UHGV virus genome: UHGV-0132701
DNA: 40,066 nt
Source: a virus
Strand: one strand, 5' to 3'
Shown here: piece by piece, positions 28,179 through 36,471 of the stretch
Numbering within the stretch: position 1 is the first letter of the stretch
Layout of the letters: each line of letters starts with the position of its first letter
Program-made: the position numbers and the translations under genes
The notes under the pieces: model-generated
Databases searched by the model: none
What the model was told of the DNA's origin: nothing
The model's input: the letters and a program-made list of their open reading frames with translations, nothing else

Positions 28179-28387
28179 TATGTGTAAAGGCTATATCCGT
28201 TTTTATTTGTCCTGGTGCCATAGCCATATAGGCTCCAGTCATCCTGTTTTCTCTCACCAAAAATATGCTTGCGGTATTCTTCCTGCTGGCGTCTCCATAT
28301 TTCCATCATGTCTGGCTGGTTCTTTTCTCGCATTTTTCGAATCTGCTCAAGGATGAACTCTATTTGCTGCTGATTTGTCATGCTCAC
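28175..28387 (-). CDS. Hypothetical nin-region protein (70 aa)
   Basis: ORF with 4-nt overlaps to both neighbours; Gln/Glu-rich. Confidence 0.4.
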   Translation of the reverse strand: MSMTNQQQIEFILEQIRKMREKNQPDMMEIWRRQQEEYRKHIFGERKQDDWSLYGYGTRTNKNGYSLYTY

Positions 28388-28659
28388 TCCTTCACTTTGA
28401 TTCCAGCAGCGCGGATGTTTTCCTCATAAGCATCCATTCCATCACCGAATCCATTGGAATAATCAACAGTAAACCCTTTGGCTAATGCTTCTCTGCTGTC
28501 GATAAACTTTGGCGCGGTTATTTCAATAGCTGCTCGCGATGCCTGCCACGAAAAGAACAAAATATCTTTGATATATGGTCCTACCTTGTCTGGGTGATAA
28601 TCTGATTTGAACCACGCCTCGAACTGCTTTCTTGATTCGTCCATATTCCTCTCCATCAC
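28384..28659 (-). CDS. Hypothetical nin-region protein (91 aa)
   Basis: ORF translationally coupled within the nin operon. Confidence 0.45.
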   Translation of the reverse strand: MMERNMDESRKQFEAWFKSDYHPDKVGPYIKDILFFSWQASRAAIEITAPKFIDSREALAKGFTVDYSNGFGDGMDAYEENIRAAGIKVKE

Positions 28660-28922
28660 CGCTTGAACCAGGTGAAATTAGTAAACTGTGACATGCTTAT
28701 GCCCATCAGACGCTTAAGCACCCTGTCTCGCGGGCTTCTCTTTGGCTTAGGCCTGCGATTGTATCGCTCTATAATCGGAAGTCTTGAGGCTTTCCAGTAG
28801 CGATAATGCCGTGCGCCTGACTCTTCCAGGTCTGCATTAATCAATTGAGCCAATGTACTCATCATTCCTCTCCAACAGCGTGCTGGGTTGTTAGTTAAGT
28901 GGCGTAAACGTGTAATCTTCAT
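28656..28922 (-). CDS. Hypothetical basic protein (88 aa)
   Basis: ORF with RBS gaggta; Arg/Lys-rich centre. Confidence 0.4.
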   Translation of the reverse strand: MKITRLRHLTNNPARCWRGMMSTLAQLINADLEESGARHYRYWKASRLPIIERYNRRPKPKRSPRDRVLKRLMGISMSQFTNFTWFKR

Positions 28923-28929
28923 CGTTACC

Positions 28930-29136
28930 TCAACTCACAAAACGCCACGCCATTTTTGCTACGACAACAGGCATAACACCGATAATCCCCCACAGGAAAA
29001 TGCTACCTAAAAGCATATTCCCCAGGTCTTTACCTTCGCCTACCAACCGGACAAAACAGCCAGCAACCACAATGAACGTCGCCACCATCCACAGAGCACC
29101 GAGAAGCCTCAATGCAGAGAAAATCAACTCAACCAC
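28930..29136 (-). CDS. Small membrane protein (68 aa, two predicted TM helices), GTG start
   Basis: RBS GGGGAG before GTG; hydrophobic throughout (LLGALWMVATFIVVAGCFV; LLGSIFLWGIIGVMPVVVA). Confidence 0.4.
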   Translation of the reverse strand: MVELIFSALRLLGALWMVATFIVVAGCFVRLVGEGKDLGNMLLGSIFLWGIIGVMPVVVAKMAWRFVS

Positions 29137-29211
29137 GATTTACTCTCCCCCAAATAAAAAGGCCTGCGATTACCAGCAGGCCTGTTACAAGCTCAGTGAT
29201 GTAGATGGTCA

Positions 29212-30663
29212 TCAGAATCCTCCTTTCTTCTTGGACTGCGGTTCCTCGCGTTCACGGCGGCGCATTTCAGCAGACTGTTGGTCTGTGTCATAAATAGCGC
29301 CATTTGCCTGAATGCAATACACCGTGCCGGTATTGCCATGACGATTGAGACGAAGGATTAGTTCGGTTTCACCAGGTGGAACACTGTCATCAAAAGCACC
29401 TTCACGATGGATCCCCACCCAATAATCGCAATCCTGTTCAATCTGCCCTGTATCGCGCGAGTCACTTGGTAATGGGCGTTTATTGGTTCGGCTTTCCAGT
29501 GCGCGGTTAAGTTGTGTCAGAAGCACAACAACGCAATCAAGCTCTTTGGCAAGGTTCTTCAGTCCTTTGGTGATCATGCCGTAAGCAAGGTCGTTGCGAT
29601 CGGCCTTCTCAGCGGTCATTAGTGTCAGGTAATCGACCAGAATCATGCCAACACATCCTTTTTCTCGCTTGATTCGACGGCTTTCGCTGACGATTTGAGC
29701 CAGAGATAATCCCGGCGTGTCGTCGATGTAAAGCAGGTCGATTTCACTCAAGCGATTGGCTGTTTCGATCGCCCTGTTGAAGTCACCATCGTAATCACCC
29801 TGATAGCCGTCATCAGCGTCATTTGTCGCCGGAAGGTAAAAAATATTCGGGTTAACACCTGACTTCTGTCCCACCAGTTTTTCCAGTATCTGATCACCTG
29901 GCATTTCAAGGCTGAACATCAGAGCGGGCTTTTTCTCATGCACTGCGCAATTGATTGCCATCTGGCTGTATAGCGTCGTTTTCCCCATCTTAGGGCGAGC
30001 GCCAATGACAAACAGAGAGCCTTTCACCAGACCTTTCGGTGACAGCATCCTGTCCAGCGATGGGATCCCTGTGCTCATTCCCCGTTGTTCGCCTGATGGG
30101 TCAAATCGTTTCTCAAGGTCGCTAACCCAGTCTTCCATGACCTCACCAAATGAGCGAAGGCCGCGACGCGATCCGGTTTTTGCATGGTCTGTCAGTTGCG
30201 TGAAAATCGCCTGAATAGCTTCGTACTTCTGCGTTGCAGTCATTCCGTTGCGTGAATAGAGCAATTCCGTCGCTTCAGTCATGCGGTTGATGGCGTAGCG
30301 TTCCATTGCGGTTTCACGAACCTGCATTGCATAGGCAACGATGTTTGCGGCGCTTGGCGTGTTCTTTGCGATCTCAGCGATATAAGCAAAACCGCCAACA
30401 GACGCCGTTAACGATTTACGCTCCAGTTCATCGAAAAGCGTCAGGCCATCTACTGGCTTTTGCTCCCGGTGCATTCTGGTTATTTCTTCGAAAAGGATTT
30501 TGTGTGATCTGCTGTAAAATGAATCTGGCTTCAGCATCGCTAGAACTTTCTGGACGCACTCACTGCTGTCATCATCCAGAAGCAATCCACCAATCACCGC
30601 CTGCTCTGCCTCGATGCTATGGGGCGGCGCATAAAAATTATCGGTCATCGTGTTCACCCTCAC
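29212..30663 (-). CDS. Replicative DNA helicase, DnaB family (P22 gene 12-like)
   Basis: 483 aa; DnaB N-terminal domain (HSIEAEQAVIGGLLLD) and Walker A (GARPKMGKTT) / RecA-like core. Confidence 0.9.
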   Translation of the reverse strand: MRVNTMTDNFYAPPHSIEAEQAVIGGLLLDDDSSECVQKVLAMLKPDSFYSRSHKILFEEITRMHREQKPVDGLTLFDELERKSLTASVGGFAYIAEIAKNTPSAANIVAYAMQVRETAMERYAINRMTEATELLYSRNGMTATQKYEAIQAIFTQLTDHAKTGSRRGLRSFGEVMEDWVSDLEKRFDPSGEQRGMSTGIPSLDRMLSPKGLVKGSLFVIGARPKMGKTTLYSQMAINCAVHEKKPALMFSLEMPGDQILEKLVGQKSGVNPNIFYLPATNDADDGYQGDYDGDFNRAIETANRLSEIDLLYIDDTPGLSLAQIVSESRRIKREKGCVGMILVDYLTLMTAEKADRNDLAYGMITKGLKNLAKELDCVVVLLTQLNRALESRTNKRPLPSDSRDTGQIEQDCDYWVGIHREGAFDDSVPPGETELILRLNRHGNTGTVYCIQANGAIYDTDQQSAEMRRREREEPQSKKKGGF

Positions 30664-31537
30664 GAACTTTCAGGTAGGTATTGTCGTTAAGCAGGAAATC
30701 AAATCCCTTTTTGTGCCAGACGGTTCCGCGTTGATGGTTTGGGCGTTCTTCGAACATCCATCGGCAATTTTCGCCTACGTAGCTCAAATAATTTCTCCAG
30801 TCCTGCATCGTGAACCCATGCCCGTCAAGCTGGCGGGTTATCACTCCGGCTTTGCGCCAGAACGTTCGGATCTGGTTTTTACGCTTGTCATTCAGTGCGC
30901 GGATTTTTGGCGCTTCAGGAAGGATTTCGTGGTAAGCATCGACAACATCCTGACAGCTAACGGAAGGTTTTTTCTTGTCAGACTTTTTGTCTGCTGTGGC
31001 ACTCTCTAATACGTCAGTATTAGAGATAATATTATTATATTCTTTATCTGTGGTAATTTGCTGGTAATCTGCTGGTACAGTATTGCTTACAGGCATTGGT
31101 ATTTCTGGCTTTGAGGTGGTAATTTGCTGGTAATCTGCTGGTACAAAATTTGACTGATAATCGTCATATTTCTCTACCGAGAAAACTGAGAATTTACCGT
31201 GTGAAACCCAGTCAATCATGCCGAGTTTTTTGAACTTTCTAAGCAGGTACTGAACGCGATCTGGTTTGAGTCCTGTTTCAAACGCCAGAGAGTTTCTACC
31301 GCCAAGTAGCTTCCCTCTGCCTACCAGAATTTCTCCTGCGTCAGTCATTACATACTCAGGCGTATGCTTTGCTTTGAGGATTAAGTGAACCCACAGATGC
31401 GCAGCTTCTGCGTCCTTGTAAAACGGCACATCCATAATTTTACGGTGCAGCAAGGCATACCCCTTACCGCTGCTTTGATGCGGTTGTTGTAGCCTTCTGG
31501 CCTCTCTGGCTTCGGCTAGATTAGATATGTTACTCAT
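30638..31537 (-). CDS. Replication initiator, lambda O / P22 gene 18-like, with origin iterons inside the coding sequence
   Basis: 299 aa directly upstream of the helicase gene; internal tandem peptide repeat ([10 protein letters not shown]) encoded by DNA iterons; position after cII. Confidence 0.75.
   Translation of the reverse strand: MSNISNLAEAREARRLQQPHQSSGKGYALLHRKIMDVPFYKDAEAAHLWVHLILKAKHTPEYVMTDAGEILVGRGKLLGGRNSLAFETGLKPDRVQYLLRKFKKLGMIDWVSHGKFSVFSVEKYDDYQSNFVPADYQQITTSKPEIPMPVSNTVPADYQQITTDKEYNNIISNTDVLESATADKKSDKKKPSVSCQDVVDAYHEILPEAPKIRALNDKRKNQIRTFWRKAGVITRQLDGHGFTMQDWRNYLSYVGENCRWMFEERPNHQRGTVWHKKGFDFLLNDNTYLKVREGEHDDR
31051..31145. repeat. Replication origin iterons: two copies of a 29-bp unit TGGTAATTTGCTGGTAATCTGCTGGTACA, each containing two GGTAAT(T/C)TGCTG half-repeats, next to an AT-rich tract
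   Basis: Exact 29-bp direct repeat at about 31051-31079 and 31117-31145; AT-rich stretch at about 31021-31050; located mid-gene in the O-like initiator as in lambda ori. Confidence 0.7.
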
Positions 31538-31676
31538 GACCTTTCTCCTTCTGCATCAGCTTCACTTTTTCCAACTCAGCCCGGAATCGACCAGGCTGCT
31601 TGAAGCTGGACAGGAAGCGATCACGTAGTATGTGTTTGTGAATTTTGTCCTGGTAAGGACTGAGTGGTTTTGTCAT
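31530..31676 (-). CDS. Small hypothetical protein (48 aa) overlapping both neighbours, not in ORF track
   Basis: Translation [48 protein letters not shown]; start overlaps upstream stop and its end overlaps the initiator start (ATGA). Confidence 0.4.
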   Translation of the reverse strand: MTKPLSPYQDKIHKHILRDRFLSSFKQPGRFRAELEKVKLMQKEKGHE

Positions 31677-32080
31677 TAAGCCTCCTCTACTTCGTAATCA
31701 GCGAAGTAACCAGTAGACATTTTTAAAAACCTTGATTCGGTGACTGTGTAAGCCTTCCTTCCTTTCCTCTCCTTGCCTTCAGGCTCTATGAGGTGGCACG
31801 AATAAATGATTCTGCGCTGCCAGTTGCCTGGCATTTCCACCACTGCCAGAACCTCAAGAATTCTCTTTCCTTCAGCATCAGCGGTGTAAAAACACTGATC
31901 ACCATAACCACAATCGGCTGGCTCATAATTTTTGTGACAACCGCCAATCCAGCGCTCATCGGTATGCACGTTGCCGTCATAAGACTGATAATCTGTGCAT
32001 ACGAAGATAAATGGATATACGGTTTCGAACTTGTCACCGGCCTTTATGCCGGTGTTTACTTGCTTGGTTTGTCCTGGCAT
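31676..32080 (-). CDS. Hypothetical Cys/His-containing protein (134 aa) between cII and the replication initiator
   Basis: Start MPGQTKQ with RBS aggagt; upstream part of the six-frame ORF lacks an RBS. No recognised domain. Confidence 0.5.
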   Translation of the reverse strand: MPGQTKQVNTGIKAGDKFETVYPFIFVCTDYQSYDGNVHTDERWIGGCHKNYEPADCGYGDQCFYTADAEGKRILEVLAVVEMPGNWQRRIIYSCHLIEPEGKERKGRKAYTVTESRFLKMSTGYFADYEVEEA

Positions 32081-32114
32081 AATTACTCCTGTTACTTGGC
32101 GTAACACAGTGTGC

Positions 32115-32393
32115 TTAAGCGTCCAGACTGCTACCAACAGCTGGGCGTTTTTCTTTTGTGAGAATCGATGCCACCTGCTGAGCAAGTCTCGCCATCTCAT
32201 CATCAACAACTCCCCATTCAAGAACAGCCAGAAGCATGGCCATCTTTGGGATAAAGCTGTCTTTCCATCGCGAAATTTGCGATTCATTAATCCCTAACGC
32301 GTCGGCAACCTTTCGCTGACCACGTACAGCAATTCGATTCAGGATGTTGCTTGTAATTGCATTCGCTTTCTTGCGAGTACTTGTAAGTTGCAT
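32115..32393 (-). CDS. cII: Transcriptional activator CII
   Basis: ...RIAVRGQRKVADALGINESQISRWKDSFIPKMAMLLAVLEWGVVDDEMARLAQQVASILT... parallels lambda CII; upstream DNA contains the lambda-like TAAGGAAATACTTACATATG start context. Confidence 0.9.
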   Translation of the reverse strand: MQLTSTRKKANAITSNILNRIAVRGQRKVADALGINESQISRWKDSFIPKMAMLLAVLEWGVVDDEMARLAQQVASILTKEKRPAVGSSLDA

Positions 32394-32512
32394 ATGTAAG
32401 TATTTCCTTAGATAACAATTGATTGAATGTATGCAAATAAATGCATACACCATAGGTGTGGTTTAATTTGATGCCCTTTTTCAGGGCTGGAATGTGTAAG
32501 AGCGGGAATGTC

Positions 32513-32728
32513 TTAAGCGGCTTTGTGTTCCGGAGGGAACACGTCATCAAGACTGACTTTTGCGCCTAACTTGTTTAGGCATGCAACAAGAGCGCGGCAT
32601 GTTTTAAGGTCTGGGAAGCGACGACCAGATTCCCAATGCCCAATAGCTCCCTGTGTGCATCCAACCGCCTTAGCAAGTGTTGTTTGAGAGATATTCAGTG
32701 ACTCTCGATATTTTCGTAGGTTGCTCAT
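32513..32728 (-). CDS. cro: Cro-type repressor (HTH, non-lambda specificity)
   Basis: 71 aa from MSNLRKYRESLNISQTTLAKAVGCTQGAIGHWESG (classic HTH); RBS GGAGGG; divergent from cI across the operator region. Confidence 0.8.
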   Translation of the reverse strand: MSNLRKYRESLNISQTTLAKAVGCTQGAIGHWESGRRFPDLKTCRALVACLNKLGAKVSLDDVFPPEHKAA

Positions 32729-32839
32729 ATGCCCTCCATAGTAACCTTGAAACAATAATACGATATGTACTTTTAGAATGCAAACAAAAAATACATCTTG
32801 TGCATGGATGGTTTTAGTACAGAGCGTAATAATAAGGAT
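32729..32839. promoter_or_regulatory. Right operator/promoter region (OR with divergent pR and pRM)
   Basis: AT-rich 110-bp interval between divergent cro and cI; candidate pR on minus strand (TTTGCA - 18 nt - TATTAT) upstream of the cro RBS; operator half-sites not confidently resolved. Confidence 0.6.
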
Positions 32840-33499
32840 ATGAAAATGAAATGGTATGAACTGGCTAGATCCAGAATGAAAGAGCTCGGCATAACTCAAG
32901 AGAAGTTGGCTGAAGAGCTTGGTATGACGCAGGGTGGAATTGGTCACTGGTTGCGCGGATCTCGTCATCCATCTCTTGACGAGATTGGTGTGGTGTTTAA
33001 ATACCTTGGTATTGATAACGTCTCATTCAACCACGACGGTACATTTTCACCTGTTGGCGAATACTCATCTGCCCCCGTTAAAAAACAATATGAGTACCCT
33101 GTTTTTTCTCATGTTCAGGCCGGGATGTTCTCGCCTGAGCTTAGAACCTTTACCAAAGGTGATGCGGAGAGATGGGTCAGCACAACCAAAAAAGCCAGTG
33201 ATTGTGCGTTTTGGCTTGAAGTTGAAGGTAATTCCATGACCGCACCAACAGGATCCAAGCCAAGCTTTCCTGACGGGATGTTAATTCTCGTTGACCCTGA
33301 GCAGGCTGTTGAGCCAGGTGATTTCTGCATAGCCAGACTTGGTGGTGACGAGTTTACCTTCAAGAAACTGATCAGGGATAGCGGTCAGGTGTTCCTACAG
33401 CCACTAAACCCGCAATATCCAATGATTCCATGCAATGATAGCTGTTCCGTAGTAGGGAAAGTTATCGCCAGCCAGTGGCCTGAAGAGACATTTAGTTAA
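32840..33499 (+). CDS. cI: CI repressor: S24 LexA-like autopeptidase domain identical in type to lambda CI, fused to a non-lambda N-terminal HTH domain
   Basis: C-terminal two-thirds ([134 protein letters not shown]) matches lambda CI; N-terminal domain ([37 protein letters not shown]) differs. Confidence 0.9.
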   Translation: MKMKWYELARSRMKELGITQEKLAEELGMTQGGIGHWLRGSRHPSLDEIGVVFKYLGIDNVSFNHDGTFSPVGEYSSAPVKKQYEYPVFSHVQAGMFSPELRTFTKGDAERWVSTTKKASDCAFWLEVEGNSMTAPTGSKPSFPDGMLILVDPEQAVEPGDFCIARLGGDEFTFKKLIRDSGQVFLQPLNPQYPMIPCNDSCSVVGKVIASQWPEETFS

Positions 33500-33530
33500 C
33501 AGCCTCACCACTCTAAAACACACAACAATA

Positions 33531-33559
33531 ACCCGACCTTAGCGTCGGGTTTTCTTTTT
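33531..33559 (+). terminator. Rho-independent terminator after cI
   Basis: CCCGAC-cttagc-GTCGGG hairpin followed by TTTTCTTTTT. Confidence 0.65.
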
Positions 33560-33624
33560 CCAAAATATAAACCCATTAAATACAAAGCGTTATAAAAAAC
33601 TAATTATATTTAGAACATTTTGTA

Positions 33625-33653
33625 TTGACTCGATAAAGTACAAATCGTACTAT
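33625..33653 (+). promoter_or_regulatory. Candidate pL promoter
   Basis: TTGACT (-35), 17-bp spacer, TACTAT (-10), oriented toward nutL and N; embedded in AT-rich operator-like DNA. Confidence 0.55.
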
Positions 33654-33693
33654 TTAGCCATCAGCAGGACGCACTAACCACCATTGAAGGTGA

Positions 33694-33724
33694 GGCTCTT
33701 AAAAATTTAGCCCTGAAGAAGGGC
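33694..33724 (+). promoter_or_regulatory. nutL antitermination site (boxA + boxB)
   Basis: GCTCTTAAAAA (boxA-like) followed by the lambda boxB hairpin GCCCTGAAGAAGGGC. Confidence 0.85.
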
Positions 33725-33992
33725 AGCATTCAAAGCAGAAGGCTTTGGGGTGTGGTGAAGCCAGCTAGTCACTGGCAAGTGCTTACCTACTGTTGAGCGG
33801 TGAAGCGCTCCCAACGCTAGCAATAGCGTGGACGAGATGGGGAGCCGCGGGCGATAAGGCCGCCATAACGCGCACGTTGTCGCATGGAAAAATCACTGGG
33901 GTGCCGGTTATACCCCTCCGAATGAGACTCAACAAGCTGGAGCTAGACTACCAGCCACCACACCACCAAAGCTAACTGACAGGAGAATCCAG

Positions 33993-34325
33993 ATGGATGC
34001 ACAAACACGCCGCCGCGAACGTCGCGCAGAGAAACAGGCTCAATGGAAAGCAGCAAATCCCCTGTTGGTTGGGGTAAGCGCAAAACCAGTTAACCGCCCT
34101 ATTCTCTCGCTGAATCGCAAACCGAAATCACGAGTAGAAAGCGCACTGAATCCGATAGACCTTACGGTGCTGGCTGAATACCACGAACAGATTGAAAGCA
34201 ACCTGCAACGTATTGAGCGCAAGAATCAGCGCACATGGTACAGCAAGCCACGCAGTGAAATGGGTGTGACTTGTGTTGGTCGCCAGAAAATGAAATTAGG
34301 CAGCAAACCACTGTATGAGGGGTGA
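33993..34325 (+). CDS. N: Antitermination protein N (lambda type)
   Basis: MDAQTRRRERRAEKQAQWKAANPLLVGVSAKPVNRPILSLNRKPKSRVESALNPIDLTVLAEY... matches lambda N including the arginine-rich boxB-binding motif. Confidence 0.95.
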   Translation: MDAQTRRRERRAEKQAQWKAANPLLVGVSAKPVNRPILSLNRKPKSRVESALNPIDLTVLAEYHEQIESNLQRIERKNQRTWYSKPRSEMGVTCVGRQKMKLGSKPLYEG

Positions 34326-34717
34326 ATTATGGCGTCGAACGGAATGCCGAAATGCGGGAACTGAGTTTAACCAAACAGGAGGTGCCGTAATGGTGCACTA
34401 ACGCGGTTAGACCGCAGCCGAAAGGCAATGCAGCAGTAATGATGCTGCCCCGAGTCGCGTAATGGCGAGCAGGTTTAGCAGACCGATGTGAGGGTAAATA
34501 AGGGAACATGCTCCGGAAAGGCAGCGCGAATGCCAGACGCGCACCGGTTATCAGCGGCTAATAAGCGACAGAGACTCAAGGGCATGAGCGCGCTCACTGC
34601 GAGAGTGTGAGTCAAAGAGTAGTTGGCTTTGGGGTGACGTGAAGTGCAGCTGCACGACGGCAACCGGAAGATAAGCAGCCGGCGCGTCACCGCCAAAGTC
34701 AATCATCGGAGGTCAAC

Positions 34718-34990
34718 ATGACAGTAGTCATTACATATCTGGCTGACGATAACGCCAGAAATCGCCGCAGAGCACGCAGACAGGCTCAACGTGAGCAGGC
34801 AATGCAAGAACAGCGACTGGCGCGAAAAATTGCGCTAAAGCTCTCTGGTTGCGTCAGAGCAGACAAAGCAGCATCACTCGGAAGCCTTCGCTGCAAGAAG
34901 GCAGAAGAATGCAGTGGAAGTATTTGCCTGCCAAACGTAGCCATTTACGCGGCAGGATACCGGAAATCAAAACAACTGACGGCGAGGTAA
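34718..34990 (+). CDS. Hypothetical protein (90 aa) with arginine-rich N-terminal segment
   Basis: Six-frame ORF in the pL operon; RNRRRARRQAQREQ segment; coding status uncertain. Confidence 0.3.
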   Translation: MTVVITYLADDNARNRRRARRQAQREQAMQEQRLARKIALKLSGCVRADKAASLGSLRCKKAEECSGSICLPNVAIYAAGYRKSKQLTAR

Positions 34991-35218
34991 GTGATGAATC
35001 AGACATACATTCCATCATGCTTGAGAAATCTGCCAAAGCAGAAAGCAAAGCCCCGCAAGCAAGCCATAAAGGACGCTAAGGCAGAGGTTATTGATCAAGC
35101 AATACAATTGCTCAGGGAGGAGTTAAGAAGTGGCAAGCTCGAAGGAATGATGATGCCCTATCAGCGCGGATATCTATCGGCGATTAGTAAGTTGGAAGTA
35201 TTGAAGAGTGAATTATGA
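34991..35218 (+). CDS. Hypothetical protein (75 aa)
   Basis: ORF immediately following and coupled to the previous one; no recognised motif. Confidence 0.3.
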   Translation: MMNQTYIPSCLRNLPKQKAKPRKQAIKDAKAEVIDQAIQLLREELRSGKLEGMMMPYQRGYLSAISKLEVLKSEL

Positions 35219-35280
35219 ACTATCTGGAATTTCCGGATGGTTCATTGTTTTGGCAGCAAGCCACTTATTTGAGGTGAGAT

Positions 35281-35751
35281 ATGACAAAATCATGGAGCGT
35301 ACCTTTTCCTGAATCAGAAACTGAACATGATGGAATGCCTGTTTTCTGGAGATTCCAGGCGACAGTTGAAGAAGATGGAATCAAAATATTCGCACTTCAA
35401 TATATAGCTTTTCATCAGACAGAGCATTATGCATGGTTGGTTCCTGCGCATTGGATTGTTAATTTTAAACCAGCACCAAATCAGTGGTTACAGGAATGGA
35501 AACAAAAGAGAAATAGATATGCAATTAAGAAAGTAGCAAAAAATGCAGAAAGATCTTTTGCATTCCCAACGAAGAAACTTGCCATTGAAAGTTTATTGCG
35601 CCGGAAGAAATACCATTTAATGAGAATCAAACAAGATTTGGCTGTTGTATCAACTCTTGTTGATGGGATGAAGAATATTGATACATCAACACCAGATATT
35701 GAATATAACTTTGGACACAACCAAGAAACAGAAAATTGGGTATTTTATTAG
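35281..35751 (+). CDS. Hypothetical AT-rich moron protein (156 aa) in the N-to-cIII interval
   Basis: RBS gaggtgagat before ATG; strongly AT-rich codon usage unlike neighbours; followed by its own strong terminator; occupies the ral/sieB-type accessory slot of lambdoid phages. Confidence 0.55.
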   Translation: MTKSWSVPFPESETEHDGMPVFWRFQATVEEDGIKIFALQYIAFHQTEHYAWLVPAHWIVNFKPAPNQWLQEWKQKRNRYAIKKVAKNAERSFAFPTKKLAIESLLRRKKYHLMRIKQDLAVVSTLVDGMKNIDTSTPDIEYNFGHNQETENWVFY

Positions 35752-35855
35752 TACAAATAAGCACTGTGTATTCATTCCAACGAGTGAATACACGGAGCAA
35801 TGTCGCTCGTAACTAAACAGGAGCCGACTTGTTCTGATTATTGGAAATCTTCTTT

Positions 35856-35880
35856 GCCCTCTAATGTGAGGGCCTTTTTA
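35856..35880 (+). terminator. Rho-independent terminator after the AT-rich moron
   Basis: GCCCTC-taatgt-GAGGGC hairpin followed by CTTTTTA. Confidence 0.65.
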
Positions 35881-35945
35881 TATGCATACCAATAACGCTT
35901 CACTCGAGGCGTTTTCGTTATGCAATCAAATATAAGGAGTTACCC

Positions 35946-36080
35946 ATGATGCACTTTCAGCTCGCGGGTAGCGGCGTCATGTCCGCTTTCTACCCGCACG
36001 AATCTGAATTATCACGCCGGGTTAAACAATTAATCAGAGCAGCAAAGAAACAACTGGAGGCGTTATGCGCAATGAAATAG
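35946..36080 (+). CDS. cIII-like small protein (44 aa), candidate FtsH inhibitor; not in ORF track
   Basis: Strong RBS taaggag; translation MMHFQLAGSGVMSAFYPHESELSRRVKQLIRAAKKQLEALCAMK shows the AG..SESEL.R..K.L pattern resembling lambda/P22 CIII; position matches. Confidence 0.45.
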   Translation: MMHFQLAGSGVMSAFYPHESELSRRVKQLIRAAKKQLEALCAMK

Positions 36081-36217
36081 CCATTAATCACCAGATGCTT
36101 CGTGCTGCACAGAACAAAGCAGTAATAGCCAGATTTATTGGTGATTCAAAAATGTGGCTTGAAGCAAATAAAGCGATGAAATCAGCTATCAACCTTCCGT
36201 GGTATCGCAGGAAATGA
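36065..36217 (+). CDS. Small hypothetical protein (50 aa), kil position; not in ORF track
   Basis: RBS GGAGG; overlaps upstream stop; translation MRNEIAINHQMLRAAQNKAVIARFIGDSKMWLEANKAMKSAINLPWYRRK. Confidence 0.35.
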   Translation: MRNEIAINHQMLRAAQNKAVIARFIGDSKMWLEANKAMKSAINLPWYRRK

Positions 36218-36372
36218 GTTTTACAGATAACTGGTCAGACGAAGAATTCATTCGTCAGATGAAAGAATTAATCGGTAACGAAGGAGATATTCATGTCACT
36301 TGCAACCACAGTGAAGGAGAGCAAGTTACAGAGAAGCATGTACACGCAGAAAGCTCTCTGGTATCGCCATAA
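36214..36372 (+). CDS. Small hypothetical acidic protein (52 aa); not in ORF track
   Basis: ATGA overlap with upstream ORF; translation MSFTDNWSDEEFIRQMKELIGNEGDIHVTCNHSEGEQVTEKHVHAESSLVSP. Confidence 0.3.
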   Translation: MSFTDNWSDEEFIRQMKELIGNEGDIHVTCNHSEGEQVTEKHVHAESSLVSP

Positions 36373-36471
36373 TGGTGACCGCGAAGGAATGCGGGTATGC
36401 CTTAATTTGTCCAGAGTCGAAGTATTAAATCAGCGTTATTTCCTTGGGCCGTGTCCATTCTGAGGTGAATT

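Noticed and set aside
31051-31145. Possible CRISPR-like repeat
   Set aside because: Only two copies of a 29-bp unit, inside a protein-coding gene and encoding a repeated peptide; position and AT-rich flank fit replication-origin iterons, not a CRISPR array. No CRISPR array found anywhere in the window.
32394-32968. Long N-terminal extensions of the cII (32394..32453) and cro (32729..32968) ORFs in the track
   Set aside because: The extensions run through the operator/promoter DNA, lack RBSs and are hydrophobic nonsense; the internal Met starts have proper RBSs and give canonical CII and Cro lengths.
32798-33499. Plus-strand ORFs 32934..33239 and minus-strand ORF 33115..33363 overlapping cI
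   Set aside because: Alternative frames within the well-supported cI gene.
33793-33975. 60-aa ORF between nutL and N
   Set aside because: Lies in the N leader with no RBS; the corresponding lambda region is non-coding leader RNA.
36384-36462. 24-codon ORF just upstream of the Rad52-like gene
   Set aside because: Very short, no convincing RBS; not reported as a feature.
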